This document shows positions 29,555-39,819 of a stretch of 64,000 nt of DNA, in pieces; position 1 is the stretch's first letter; each line of letters opens with the position of its first letter. A program made the position numbers and the translations under genes. Origin of the DNA: a candidate division Zixibacteria bacterium RBG_16_53_22. GTDB taxonomy: Bacteria; Zixibacteria; MSB-5A5; UBA10806. Below the pieces are notes generated by a model that was given only the letters and a program-made list of their open reading frames with translations, was not told the origin of the DNA and ran no database searches. The stretch covers positions 266 to 64,265 of the forward strand of contig MEWP01000160.1 in the NCBI GenBank assembly GCA_001775395.1, read 5' to 3'.

Positions 29555-32127
29555 ACCAGATCCATTGGCTCGATCAGCCGCAGGCCCGATTTATGAAACT
29601 GATTTTTCCGATGAATGGTGAGCGTCTTAACCAGTTCCGGCTCTATCCCCAGTCCGAAGATGAGAATCTCGTCAGGCTTGATATGCCCCTCGGGACGTTG
29701 CCAGACATCGATGATGAGTTGTCCGCTCTCTATCAAAACGTCCTGAAGAAATTCGCCGGCATTAAGCCGTTTCTCAACGCCCTCCTTGATTCTAATGACT
29801 TCAAGGCTTTTCCGGTCCGCAATCGCTTTCGCCTGCGCTGGATCATATTCCAGGCCGTCGATATGGGGCACCTCGTACCGAGCCGTATTCAACTGCTTGG
29901 AGAGGGAGCTGGCATTGACATAGAATTGTTTATGACCGGTTATTGACAGGCCCGGCGGGAGTGACGCGATCAGCCTATCGATGAATTCCTCCCGGTATGG
30001 CTGCGACAAAACCAGATCGAGATACTCGGCCTCGGAAGTGTAGCCCAGCGGCAATGGCTGTCCAAACGAGACCTTGATGTGCGGATGATAACCTTCGGAA
30101 TATGACAACGGTAACTCGGCCCTGCGAAATGCCCTATAGATCGCCCTGATGGTATCGAGGTGCGATAGAAATCTCAACTCCGGACCGCGAGAATATTTGA
30201 CCCGGACCTTATAGGCTCCCCCGGGGGTTGTCTGCTTCACAATCCTGCGCGGCTTGCGGCCAAACCCCTCTTCTGCCGTCGGTGGCCGAGGCTTGTCATC
30301 CTTCCGGCGGTCAAAAGCCGTTACAGGCGCAATTCCCTCTTTGGATTTGGCATTATCCCTGCGCAGGAAATCTTTGGAGATGCCCTTTTCGATATGATCC
30401 CACGGAAGCGGTGCATCCTCATCGATAGCCGAGGCATAACGGGTGGGATCGATCCCGGCGTCAGCGAAGGAATCATACCACCTTTGGGGATCGAACCACT
30501 CGGACCAGCCGTCGAGCCTGGCGCCCCTGCGGAAAGCGTTAAGAATAACCCCACCCAGGCGTCTGTCACCTCGGCCGAGGATACCCTCGAAGAACGAGAG
30601 ATCGAAATTGCGGTATTTGACATTGATGTTCTGTTTGCGAATTCCCGAGATAATTTTGTCGACTTTCTTCTGTAACCGTTCCTTGCCGGCCTGTTTTTCC
30701 CACTGCCAGGGCGTGTGGCTCTTGGGATTGAAAGGGGAGAGGGCCACATTGATATTTCGTCCTTTGCCCCGACTCACGATATATGACAAACGTCGTAACA
30801 ATGAAATAAGGCCCTCGATATCATCATCCGTCTCCGAGGGCAGACCGATCATGAAATAAAGCTTGAAGGTCTGCCATCCCGATGACAATGCTCTCTCGAA
30901 GGCCTCGAAAATATCGGCATCGCCGATCTTCTTGCCGAGCACGTTGCGCAGGCGCTCCGTGCCGGCCTCGGGGGCCAGAGTCAGGCCGCTCTTGCGAGCT
31001 GACGACAGAAGATCGAGAATAGAAGAACTTACTGTCTCGGGCCTGATCGATGGCAAGGCCAATCCGACCCTCTGCTCCGATAGTTGAGGGCTTATCATGG
31101 TCAAAAGCTCACCGAGATGGTCGTAATCGGTTGAGGATAGAGACAACAGCGTCACATCTTCATAGCCGGTCGAGGAAAGGCACTTGAAGACCTGCGAGGC
31201 GATCTGCTCGGGCGGCCGCTGCCGTCTGGGCCGATATTGGTATCCAGCCTGGCAAAATCTGCATCCTCTAACACAGCCGCGCATGATTTCGATCGAAAGG
31301 TGATCATGGGTTGTTTCAATGAAAGGCAGAATGGGACGCTCCGGATAATATTCAGGTTTGAGTTCGGGGACGCTTCGGGCCTTAATTTTATCGGGGATCT
31401 GGGAGTGAAGTTTTTCAAGAGAACGAAAGCGCCCTGAATCGTCGTATGCAGCTCGATAGAAGCGTGGCACGTAAATTCCGGGAATCCGGGTCAGTCCAAG
31501 CAAGATCGCCTCACGATCAAGGCCTTGCGCCCGCGATTTTTTTACCGAGTCGATAATCTCATGTATAGCATCCTCGGCATCGCCAATGAAAAATGCGTCG
31601 ATGAAATCTGCCATGGGCTCGGGATTCATGACCGAGGGTCCGCCGGCCATTATAATCGGGTCCCGCTCGCGGCGGTCTTTTGACAGGAGAGGAACGCCGG
31701 CCAAATCAAGCATATTTAACGCCGTTGTATATGTCATCTCATAAGTAAGGTGAAATCCGAAAATATCGAATTCCGCAAGCGGCGTGGCCGATTCGAGCGA
31801 AAAGAGAGGGATATTTTTCCGGCGCATAATTTCTTCCATGTCAGGCCAGATCGACAATGCTCTTTCGGCCAGGGAATCGGGGCGCTTATTTATTATATTG
31901 TACAGTATCTGCATGCCCATGTATGACATGCCAATCTCATACATTTCGGGGAAACAAAGGGCGATCCTCAATCTGCCCGGCTCATGTGGTTTATGAACGG
32001 AGTTGAGCTCATTGCCAACATATCTGCCGGGCTTGATAATAAACGGCAATATTTCTTTATCGAGCTTTTGCGAAAGCGCATGTCTGAAATGCGAATTCAA
32101 GAATTCCTCACGAATTAAATAACTCAA
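29551..32127 (-). CDS. B12-binding-domain radical SAM protein fused to a DUF2344-type radical-SAM-linked domain
   Basis: 858 aa; CxxxCxxC (CVRGCRFCQ) radical SAM core in N-terminal two thirds, C-terminal about 230 aa DUF2344-like. Confidence 0.8.
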   Translation of the reverse strand: MSYLIREEFLNSHFRHALSQKLDKEILPFIIKPGRYVGNELNSVHKPHEPGRLRIALCFPEMYEIGMSYMGMQILYNIINKRPDSLAERALSIWPDMEEIMRRKNIPLFSLESATPLAEFDIFGFHLTYEMTYTTALNMLDLAGVPLLSKDRRERDPIIMAGGPSVMNPEPMADFIDAFFIGDAEDAIHEIIDSVKKSRAQGLDREAILLGLTRIPGIYVPRFYRAAYDDSGRFRSLEKLHSQIPDKIKARSVPELKPEYYPERPILPFIETTHDHLSIEIMRGCVRGCRFCQAGYQYRPRRQRPPEQIASQVFKCLSSTGYEDVTLLSLSSTDYDHLGELLTMISPQLSEQRVGLALPSIRPETVSSSILDLLSSARKSGLTLAPEAGTERLRNVLGKKIGDADIFEAFERALSSGWQTFKLYFMIGLPSETDDDIEGLISLLRRLSYIVSRGKGRNINVALSPFNPKSHTPWQWEKQAGKERLQKKVDKIISGIRKQNINVKYRNFDLSFFEGILGRGDRRLGGVILNAFRRGARLDGWSEWFDPQRWYDSFADAGIDPTRYASAIDEDAPLPWDHIEKGISKDFLRRDNAKSKEGIAPVTAFDRRKDDKPRPPTAEEGFGRKPRRIVKQTTPGGAYKVRVKYSRGPELRFLSHLDTIRAIYRAFRRAELPLSYSEGYHPHIKVSFGQPLPLGYTSEAEYLDLVLSQPYREEFIDRLIASLPPGLSITGHKQFYVNASSLSKQLNTARYEVPHIDGLEYDPAQAKAIADRKSLEVIRIKEGVEKRLNAGEFLQDVLIESGQLIIDVWQRPEGHIKPDEILIFGLGIEPELVKTLTIHRKNQFHKSGLRLIEPMDLV

Positions 32128-32596
32128 CGTCCTGCCAGGTAAGTCGTATACGGCCTGACAGCCTCAAATACTCCCCGATGCTTTTCGAATCAGCACGGCA
32201 ATATAAAGTCATGAATGCATTTAATCAACATCGATGGCGCCCCGCTAATGCAGGCGCAACGATTTGATGCGGCCTCTCGCGGGGAAAGCAATTAACAACG
32301 AATATCATTGTCGGCTGTTATGGAATGCAGGCTGGCGCGGCTCAAGTCATGGATTGCAGACCTGGGAAAAGATGCATTTGCCGCCATTTGTTCACAACTT
32401 TCGATTGGTTCTTGGGTTCCAACGCCCCAGCCAGTTGATCCAGCGGCAATTCCCGACTGATTATACTCTTTTTAGCCATTAGTTGTTAGATTGATTGACA
32501 ATAGGACTTTATTGGGATATATTTGCAGTTCGGTTGGATTAATCGTGAATTTCAGCCGTAAGGTCTGGACGAGAAGAAATTGAAAGGAATCTGAAA

Positions 32597-33178
32597 ATGG
32601 CGCTTTCCAGGGGAGCGATAATCGGACTTGGGCTTGTGATCGTGGTTGTATTTCTGCTGATCGTGGTCGGCATCGGTATCATTGCGCCCTACAACAGGTT
32701 AACCAGGTTGGATGTGGGGGTTGACAAGTCCTGGGCGGAGGTCAACAATCAGCTTCAAAGGCGAAACGACATGATCCCCAACCTGGTAGAGACGGTCAAG
32801 GGGTACGCGGCCCATGAGAGAGAGCTATTTGAGCATATCGCCGACGCCCGCGCCAAATTGGCCGGCGCTACCAGTATACCCGACAAAATAAATGCCTCAA
32901 ATGAAATGAGCGGACTTCTTTCGCGCCTCTTAGTGATTGTGGAAAACTATCCACAACTCAAGGCCAACGAGAATTTCATGAGACTGCAGGATGAATTGGC
33001 CGGTACCGAAAATCGGCTGGCCGTGGCCAGGAACAGATATAATGAGGCGGTCGGAATTTACAACACACAAATCAGGGTATTCCCCACCAATCTATTCGCC
33101 GGGATTTTCGGATTCGGTCAGAGGGGATTTTTCGAGGTTCCTGAGGCAGCCAAACAAGTGCCCGTGGTGAAGTTTTAG
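32597..33178 (+). CDS. lemA: LemA-family membrane protein
   Basis: 193 aa; N-terminal TM, YNRLTRLDVGVDKSWAEVNNQLQRRNDMIPNLVETVKGYAAHE. Confidence 0.85.
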   Translation: MALSRGAIIGLGLVIVVVFLLIVVGIGIIAPYNRLTRLDVGVDKSWAEVNNQLQRRNDMIPNLVETVKGYAAHERELFEHIADARAKLAGATSIPDKINASNEMSGLLSRLLVIVENYPQLKANENFMRLQDELAGTENRLAVARNRYNEAVGIYNTQIRVFPTNLFAGIFGFGQRGFFEVPEAAKQVPVVKF

Positions 33179-33214
33179 GCGGGCCGGAGCTCAGGGCCAG
33201 GAACATTGATAACA

Positions 33215-33566
33215 AAATCAGGCAGGTTGGACGGTCGCCCCGAAATCAAATTAGGGGAGGAAAGTCCGAGCTTTCAAGGGCCGGGATGCCTCGTAACGCG
33301 AGGGGTCCACATGGACACGGAAAGCGCCACAGAAAACATACCGCCCAATTGGGTAAGGGTGAAATGGCGGTGTAAGAGACCACCGGGGCCGCCGCAAGGC
33401 GACTCGCATGGCAAGCCCCATCCGAAAGCAAGGCCAAGTAAGGGGAGAGAGGTGGCCCGCCTCATTCGATCCCCGGGTAGGCCGCAAGATCACGATGGTG
33501 ACATCGTGACCAGATAGATGACCGTCACCCGCAAGGGGACAGAACTCGGCTTACAGACCTGCCCAA
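33215..33566 (+). ncRNA. rnpB: RNase P RNA, bacterial type A
   Basis: Conserved blocks GGAAAGTCCGaGCT, ACAGAAAACATACCGCC, GGGTAAGGGTGAAATGGCGGTGTAAGAGACCACC, ACAGAACTCGGCTTACAG; P1 pairing GGCAGGT (33221-33227) with ACCTGCC (33557-33563). Confidence 0.9.
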
Positions 33567-33576
33567 ATTTCGAGAA

Positions 33577-35319
33577 TTGATTTGGAGTGATACATTAATG
33601 GAGCTCAAATGGGTCGTTCAACCAGACCCCGATAGTAATATCGTCAGCAGATTTACAGGCGATTTAGGCATATCCGAAATCGCCTGCAGGATATTGGCGG
33701 CTCGCGGCATCACCGAGAGCGACCCGGCCCGCAAATTCCTCAATCCCAGCTTATCCGACCTTTTCGATCCCTTCTTACTCTCCAGGATGGATGAGGCTGT
33801 CGATCGCGTAATCCAGGCGCTCAAGGCCAACGAGAAGATGATGATATATGGCGATTATGATGTCGATGGCATCACCGGCACGGCTTTGATGTTCCTGGTT
33901 CTTAACAGGCTGGGCGCGAATGTATCGTACTATCTTCCCAACCGTCTCGTGGAGGGTTATGGAATCTCAGAGGATGGCCTCCAGGAGGCTGAAAAAAGGA
34001 AAATTAATCTCCTGGTCTCGGTTGATTGCGGCATCACCGCTGTGGATGAGGTCGAAACGGCTCGCAGGATGGGAATCGACTGCATAATTACAGATCATCA
34101 CGAGCCGGGCGATCGGCTGCCGGTGGCCAACGCCATCGTGAATGCCAAGCTCGACGGGCCGCTCAATCCGGGATTCGAACTCTCTGCTGTCGGTGTGGCT
34201 TATAAATTCGCCCAGGCCCTATACCGCAAACTGGGTCAAGACGAGACTGAATTGGAGCAGCATCTTGACCTGGTAGCCCTGGGGACAGCGGCCGATATCG
34301 TGCCGATGGTTGGCGAAAATCGAATCCTCACGAAATTCGGGCTTCAACAGATAGCGCGCACCACCAAGCCGGGCCTGAAAGCCCTGATATTCATAGCCGG
34401 TCTTATGGGGCATAAGATCGGCACCGGGCAGGTGGTATTCATACTGGCCCCGAGGATCAACGCCATCGGCCGTTTGGGTGATGCCCAACAGGCAATCAAG
34501 TTGTTGACCACCAAGGACGAGGTAATGGCGCATTCGATCGCCCGTATCCTCAACGCCGAGAACAAACGTCGCAAGGATATCGACGAGCAGACGATGATGG
34601 AGGCATTGGAACAGATCGAGCACGATGTCGATATGAGCCGCGACCGGGCCATAGTGTTGGCCTCGCAGGGATGGCACCAGGGAGTGATCGGAATCGTGGC
34701 CTCGAGGCTGGTGGAACGCTTCCACAGGCCGACTGTGATGATCGCCATCGATGGCGCCGAGGGAAAGGGATCAGCCAGGTCCATTCCCGGTTTCCATCTT
34801 TACGAGGCCCTCAAAGAGTGTGAATCCGAGCTCATTCGCTATGGGGGGCACAAATATGCCGCCGGCCTATCGATTCTGCCGGAGAAAATCGAGTCATTTC
34901 GACGTCAGCTTAATATGGTGTCATCGCGCATGCTATCCGATGAGGACCTTATTCCCAAGCTCGAGATAGACTCCGAGCTGGATCTCGAAAAGGTAGATGA
35001 TGATCTGGTGTTGCTGCTGGAGAAATTTTCCCCCTTCGGCCCTCAGAACATGAGGCCGGTTTTCGTTAGTTATGGCGTTGAAGTTGTAGGGACTCCACAT
35101 GTGGTCGGAAACAACCACCTTCGGTTCCGGGTCCGCAAGGGAAACAAGGTTTTGGATTGTATCGGATTCAGCCTCGGTGAATACCTGAAAAACCTGACAT
35201 TCCGACCGAGCAATTTGGATATAGCCTACGTTCTGGAACATAATTACTGGAACGGGTCGAACAGAATACAGCTTCGATTAAAAGCTGTCAAGGTAGCCGG
35301 CGAAAATGCCGCTGCCTGA
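33577..35319 (+). CDS. recJ: Single-stranded-DNA-specific exonuclease RecJ
   Basis: 580 aa; DHH motifs (YGDYDVDGITG, DHHEP) and DHHA1 (GGHKYAAG); start may be the Met at 33598. Confidence 0.9.
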   Translation: MIWSDTLMELKWVVQPDPDSNIVSRFTGDLGISEIACRILAARGITESDPARKFLNPSLSDLFDPFLLSRMDEAVDRVIQALKANEKMMIYGDYDVDGITGTALMFLVLNRLGANVSYYLPNRLVEGYGISEDGLQEAEKRKINLLVSVDCGITAVDEVETARRMGIDCIITDHHEPGDRLPVANAIVNAKLDGPLNPGFELSAVGVAYKFAQALYRKLGQDETELEQHLDLVALGTAADIVPMVGENRILTKFGLQQIARTTKPGLKALIFIAGLMGHKIGTGQVVFILAPRINAIGRLGDAQQAIKLLTTKDEVMAHSIARILNAENKRRKDIDEQTMMEALEQIEHDVDMSRDRAIVLASQGWHQGVIGIVASRLVERFHRPTVMIAIDGAEGKGSARSIPGFHLYEALKECESELIRYGGHKYAAGLSILPEKIESFRRQLNMVSSRMLSDEDLIPKLEIDSELDLEKVDDDLVLLLEKFSPFGPQNMRPVFVSYGVEVVGTPHVVGNNHLRFRVRKGNKVLDCIGFSLGEYLKNLTFRPSNLDIAYVLEHNYWNGSNRIQLRLKAVKVAGENAAA

Positions 35320-35354
35320 ATTAGCTGTCATGACCTGAAAATCGATTCAATTTA

Positions 35355-36938
35355 CTATAGCGGTATATTGCCATGTTTTCTGGGCGGATTCTGGTCGCGC
35401 TTGGAATCGAGCATCCGAAGGGCCCGGATCAGGCGGGAGCGAGTTTGCGACGGCTCGATGATATCATCGATATAGCCCCGCTCGGCGGCGATAAACGGGG
35501 AGGCAAACATCTGACGATATTCCTCTTCTTTTTGCTTAAGAGCGGCCTCGGGATTTGATGAAGCGGAAATCTCTTTCTTGAAAATAATCTCGGCGGCGCC
35601 CTTGGGGCCCATGACTGCAATCTCGGCTGTCGGCCAGGCGTAGTTGATATCGCCCCGAATATGCTTGGAGGACATGACATCATAAGCGCCGCCATAGGCC
35701 TTACGCGTGATGACTGTGAGTTTGGGAACCGTGGCCTCGCAGTAGGCATAGAGGAGCTTGGCGCCGTGTTTGATTATGCCGCCATGCTCCTGGGCCGTGC
35801 CGGGCAGGAATCCAGGGACATCCTCAAACGTGACCAGCGGGATGTTGAAGGAGTCGCAGAAACGCACGAATCGGGCGCCCTTGATAGCGCTATCGATATC
35901 GAGCACCCCGGCCAGATGCGCAGGCTGATTGGCGATGACGCCGATCGGCTTACCCCCGAGGCGAGCGAATCCCACAACGATATTGGGCGCGTAATCGGGA
36001 TGGATCTCGAAGAAATCGCCATCGTCAACGACACGGGTTATGATGTCCTTGATATCATATGGCTTATTGGGATTATCCGGAACCAGGGTGTTCAAGGACT
36101 CGTCAATTCTATCAATGGGGTCCGATGGCTCAATGTCGGGGGGATCTTCCATATTGTTAGACGGCAGGAAGCTCATCAATTTCCTGGTCTTGGTCAAAGC
36201 ATCAGCCTCATTTTCGCACGCCACGTGGCAAACGCCTGACCTGCTGGCGTGGATATCGGCGCCGCCCAGCTCCTCGAAAGTGACCTCCTCATGAGTGACA
36301 GTCTTGACGACATTTGGCCCGGTCACGAACATGAACGACGTGCCTTTCACCATAAAAGTGAAATCGGTGATGGCCGGCGAATAAACCGCCCCGCCCGCGC
36401 ATGGTCCCATGATAACCGATATTTGAGGGATAACGCCTGATGCCAGAGTATTGCGCAGGAAAATATTCGCATATCCGCCAAGTGAGACAACACCCTCTTG
36501 TATGCGGGCGCCACCCGAGTCGTTCAGCCCGATGACAGGCGCGCCAACCTTCATGGCCATGTCCATTATCTTACAGACCTTCTCGGCGAAAGCCTCGGAC
36601 AAAGTTCCCCCGAAAATTGTAAAATCCTGAGAAAAAACGAAAACCAAACGGCCATCGATGGTCCCATATCCGGTGATAACGCCATCGCTAAAATACTTCT
36701 CTTTCTCCAGGCCGAACTCCTTGGTGCGGTGCGTGACAAACAAGTCAAATTCCTCGAAGGAGTTATCATCCAGTAGAATATCGATGCGTTCGCGGGCAGT
36801 AAGCTTGCCCTTCTTATGCTGAGTCTCAATCCTCTTTGCGCCGCCACCCAGAAGGGCTTTCTGGCGCATTTCCTTGAGCCGCCTTAATCTCTCCTCAAGT
36901 TCCAAATTCAACCTCGCGTAACAAAGTTTGAGATGCAT
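35355..36938 (-). CDS. Acyl-CoA carboxylase carboxyltransferase subunit (propionyl-CoA carboxylase beta / methylmalonyl-CoA carboxyltransferase)
   Basis: 527 aa; typical N-terminus MHLKLC...[37 protein letters not shown] and two crotonase-like CT domains. Confidence 0.9.
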   Translation of the reverse strand: MHLKLCYARLNLELEERLRRLKEMRQKALLGGGAKRIETQHKKGKLTARERIDILLDDNSFEEFDLFVTHRTKEFGLEKEKYFSDGVITGYGTIDGRLVFVFSQDFTIFGGTLSEAFAEKVCKIMDMAMKVGAPVIGLNDSGGARIQEGVVSLGGYANIFLRNTLASGVIPQISVIMGPCAGGAVYSPAITDFTFMVKGTSFMFVTGPNVVKTVTHEEVTFEELGGADIHASRSGVCHVACENEADALTKTRKLMSFLPSNNMEDPPDIEPSDPIDRIDESLNTLVPDNPNKPYDIKDIITRVVDDGDFFEIHPDYAPNIVVGFARLGGKPIGVIANQPAHLAGVLDIDSAIKGARFVRFCDSFNIPLVTFEDVPGFLPGTAQEHGGIIKHGAKLLYAYCEATVPKLTVITRKAYGGAYDVMSSKHIRGDINYAWPTAEIAVMGPKGAAEIIFKKEISASSNPEAALKQKEEEYRQMFASPFIAAERGYIDDIIEPSQTRSRLIRALRMLDSKRDQNPPRKHGNIPL

Positions 36939-36956
36939 CGCATGATAACAGCGCCG

Positions 36957-37109
36957 CGGGGGTTCCGCCCCCTCGCCAAAGGCGAGGGGAAAGAAACCCC
37001 GAGGCGAATTTTTAGTGCAAGCGTTGGTTTCATGACTGACGCAATCCCGGGAATCATTCTTGGCAATGGGGTTTCTTGTCCCGACCGAGGGTCGGGAGCG
37101 GAACCCCCG
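36957..37109. repeat. 153-nt GC-rich intergenic element with perfect 12-bp terminal inverted repeats (CGGGGGTTCCGC / GCGGAACCCCCG)
   Basis: Arms at 36957-36968 and 37098-37109; hairpin CCCCTCGCC-aaa-GGCGAGGGG right after left arm, hairpin CCCGACC-gag-GGTCGGG right before right arm; same GGTTCCGCC/GCGGAACC core as element at 18490-18637. Confidence 0.5.
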
Positions 37110-37127
37110 ACGGGTCCGAATGCCGTT

Positions 37128-37967
37128 CTATTCGACCTTGACTGGCTCGACCTTGCCCTTCTCGCCCTCCCTGAATCTGGCGAATTTATAGTTTATGTCG
37201 TGGTCGAATGCCAGTATCCAACCATCTTTAAGCATCTGTTCATGAAGCCAGCGTTTGCGTTTCATGGTAGTAAGCGGGTCAAGGTCAACCGCGGCGACAT
37301 AAGGGATTTTGATATGCGCCGATGATGGCATGATATCGGCGGGGTAAATTACGCGTTGGCCGCCGCCATCGACAATGACGGCTTGAGAGTATGGCGTGTG
37401 ACCTCCCATGACCTTGACAGAGACTCCGGAAAATAGCGGACCATCGCCCTCGAGAAGCTCCATCTTTCCGGAATCATCCAGCACTCTCAAGTTATCGACC
37501 AGGTAGGTCGCGGCGGTGCGCTCATTGGGATTCATGGCATCATTCCATTCGCCCTGTTGGACATAGATTTTGGCGTTCGGGAAACGGAGCCCGGGTCGGC
37601 CATCGGGATTTGCTTTCAGCGCCCCCGATGCGTGATCGGCATGGGCGTGAGTTAGAACGACAGCGGTGATATCCTCCGGCTTGAAATTAAGGCGCGCAAG
37701 CTCCTGATCCCATCGTGTTTCGCCGGCCAGGGCATTGATTTTGCGCTGGCGCTCGTTGAGGATATCGCCGAAACCGGTATCGACAACGATGATATCTTGG
37801 CCGGTCTTAATGAGAAGCGGGTTGAGGTCGAGGCGGATGAGGTTATTATCATCCGATGGGTATAGCTTGCTCCATATGACTTTGGGAATGACACCAAACA
37901 TGGCGCCGCCATCCAGATGGAAGTAGTTTTCCAGGATTGAGTGAAGTTCGATATCGCCTAATCTCAT
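37128..37967 (-). CDS. MBL-fold metallo-hydrolase
   Basis: 279 aa; HTHAHADH zinc-binding motif. Confidence 0.8.
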   Translation of the reverse strand: MRLGDIELHSILENYFHLDGGAMFGVIPKVIWSKLYPSDDNNLIRLDLNPLLIKTGQDIIVVDTGFGDILNERQRKINALAGETRWDQELARLNFKPEDITAVVLTHAHADHASGALKANPDGRPGLRFPNAKIYVQQGEWNDAMNPNERTAATYLVDNLRVLDDSGKMELLEGDGPLFSGVSVKVMGGHTPYSQAVIVDGGGQRVIYPADIMPSSAHIKIPYVAAVDLDPLTTMKRKRWLHEQMLKDGWILAFDHDINYKFARFREGEKGKVEPVKVE

Positions 37968-37984
37968 GTTTCTCCGAATTCCGG

Positions 37985-38020
37985 ATATAAAATAAAAAGG
38001 GGCTCGCCAAGGAGCCCCGG
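37985..38020 (-). terminator. Rho-independent terminator downstream of acyl-CoA dehydrogenase gene
   Basis: Minus-strand hairpin GGGGCTCC-ttgg-CGAGCCCC followed by TTTTTATTTT. Confidence 0.6.
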
Positions 38021-38027
38021 AACCCGA

Positions 38028-39206
38028 TTATCTCAAGTAACTGCTCGAGATGACAAGCCTCTGTATTTCAGAGGTCCCCTCGTATATCTCCATGATTCGC
38101 TGGTCGCGGTAAAGCTTTTCGATCGGGGAGAACTCACCGATATAGCCGTAGCCGCCGTGAATCTGCATGGCCCTGTCGACACAGAATTTGGCTGCCTCGG
38201 AGGCGAACAGCTTGGCCTGCGAGGCCTCGATTGTGAATTTCTCGCCTTTGTCTTGAAGTTGAGCGGCTTTGTACGTCAACATGCGAGCGGCCTCGACTTG
38301 TGTAGCCATGTCGGCAATCATCCATTGGATCGCCTGAAGCTTGGCGATCGGAGCGCCGAAACAGACTCGTTTCTTCGCATAATCGATCGACTCTTGAAGA
38401 GCCCGTTGGGCGATTCCAAGCCCTTGAGCGGCCACGCCGATCCTGGCGCCGTCGAGAGTGTTCATGGCAATCTTGAACCCTTTTCCGACCTCGCCAAGGA
38501 GGTTTTCTTTTGGCACGCGGACATTCTCCAGCCAGATGCGGCCGGTGGTGGCGGCTCTCATGCCCATCTTCTTCTTGAGGGTGGCGACTTTGATACCGGG
38601 AATGAGCTTCCCATCCTTCCTGGCCTCGACTATGATCGCCGAGATTTTTCGCGAGGCCTTGTCGTCGTCGCCGCCATCGGCCATCTTCACGAAAAGGACG
38701 AATAGGTCGGCCACGTCGCCATGCATAATAAAAATTTTCTCGCCATTGATAATGTAATGATCGCCATCGGGGACCGCGACCGTTTTCTGGTTGACCGCAT
38801 CTGATCCCGCGCCTGGCTCGGTGAGCACGAATGCCGGAATCGATTCGCCGGATGCGCACTTGGGCACATATTTTTTCTTTTGTGCATCCGTGCCGAACGT
38901 GTAGATGGGATATGTCGCCAGCTCGGTGACCGCGTCAAGAAGGCAGGCAACCGCGTCATAATAACACAGCTCTTCGATTAGGGTCGTGTATTCAACAGAT
39001 GAAACATTGCAGCCGCCGTATTCCTTGGGCATCCTTTGAGCCACGAAACCCTCTTTGGCCAGGGCCTTAAACAAGTCCCAGGCGAAACGATCGGGATCGT
39101 CGCGGTGATCGAGTTCCTTGGAGAACGGAATAATGTGCTTCTGGGCAAAAGCGGCCACTCGATCACGGATCGCCTGTTGCCTGTCATCGACGTTGTAACG
39201 AAACAT
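38028..39206 (-). CDS. Acyl-CoA dehydrogenase
   Basis: 392 aa; ACAD N, middle and C domains; catalytic-base region YEGTSEIQRLVI. Confidence 0.9.
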   Translation of the reverse strand: MFRYNVDDRQQAIRDRVAAFAQKHIIPFSKELDHRDDPDRFAWDLFKALAKEGFVAQRMPKEYGGCNVSSVEYTTLIEELCYYDAVACLLDAVTELATYPIYTFGTDAQKKKYVPKCASGESIPAFVLTEPGAGSDAVNQKTVAVPDGDHYIINGEKIFIMHGDVADLFVLFVKMADGGDDDKASRKISAIIVEARKDGKLIPGIKVATLKKKMGMRAATTGRIWLENVRVPKENLLGEVGKGFKIAMNTLDGARIGVAAQGLGIAQRALQESIDYAKKRVCFGAPIAKLQAIQWMIADMATQVEAARMLTYKAAQLQDKGEKFTIEASQAKLFASEAAKFCVDRAMQIHGGYGYIGEFSPIEKLYRDQRIMEIYEGTSEIQRLVISSSYLR

Positions 39207-39246
39207 AATCCCTCGCTTATCTCTTTAATTAGTTTAAATAATCTTG

Positions 39247-39666
39247 CTATATTATCTTTTCATCTTTTATAATTTTGGGCAGCACCCGGTTGAGATAATC
39301 CACGATATCCTGGGTCGAAGCCCCCGGGGTGAATATCTCGCTGACCCCCGTATCTTTTAACATTTGAATCTCGCTGTCGGCAATGATGCCGCCTCCGAAA
39401 AGCAGGATATGGTCAGCTCCGTTCCTCCTCAGCCCCTCCAGCACCATTGGAAATAATGTCATATGTGCCCCGGAAAGGATTGAGAGGCCGACCGCGTCGA
39501 CATCCTCCTGGATGGCGGCTGCCACAACCTGTTCCGAGGTCTGGCGAAGGCCGGTGTAGATGACCTCGAAACCGGCATCCCTCAATGCGGCGGCTATCAC
39601 CTTGATGCCCCGGTCGTGGCCGTCGAGACCGGGCTTGGCCAGCAAAATTCTGAATTTCCGCTCCAT
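39247..39666 (-). CDS. Methylmalonyl-CoA mutase small subunit, cobalamin-binding domain
   Basis: 139 aa; [32 protein letters not shown] with DxHxxG B12-binding motif. Confidence 0.85.
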   Translation of the reverse strand: MERKFRILLAKPGLDGHDRGIKVIAAALRDAGFEVIYTGLRQTSEQVVAAAIQEDVDAVGLSILSGAHMTLFPMVLEGLRRNGADHILLFGGGIIADSEIQMLKDTGVSEIFTPGASTQDIVDYLNRVLPKIIKDEKII

Positions 39667-39819
39667 AAAAACCTCGCCTTGCGGGATTTAACTCAAATTG
39701 GAATTCTCTCAAAGCAACAATATAACATCCCCGTTGGAATTTGGCAACAGTCGCTTATGACCATTTCTAAAGGAATCCATAATTTCTGATAAGATTATTA
39801 TTCCCACGTCCGGGCAGGC

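Noticed and set aside
33206-33517. 103-aa ORF (and three antisense ORFs 33246-33493)
   Set aside because: Lies inside the RNase P RNA gene; GC-rich structured RNA gives open frames by chance.
38019-38025. CGGAACC heptamer next to the acd terminator, same as the TIR core of the two repeat elements
   Set aside because: A 7-mer is expected several times by chance in 64 kb; no partner arm or flanking hairpins, so not counted as a third element.
38134-38859. 241-aa Arg-rich ORF in an alternative frame of the acyl-CoA dehydrogenase gene
   Set aside because: Extreme Arg/Gly/His composition (shifted-frame artefact); the dehydrogenase frame is unambiguous.
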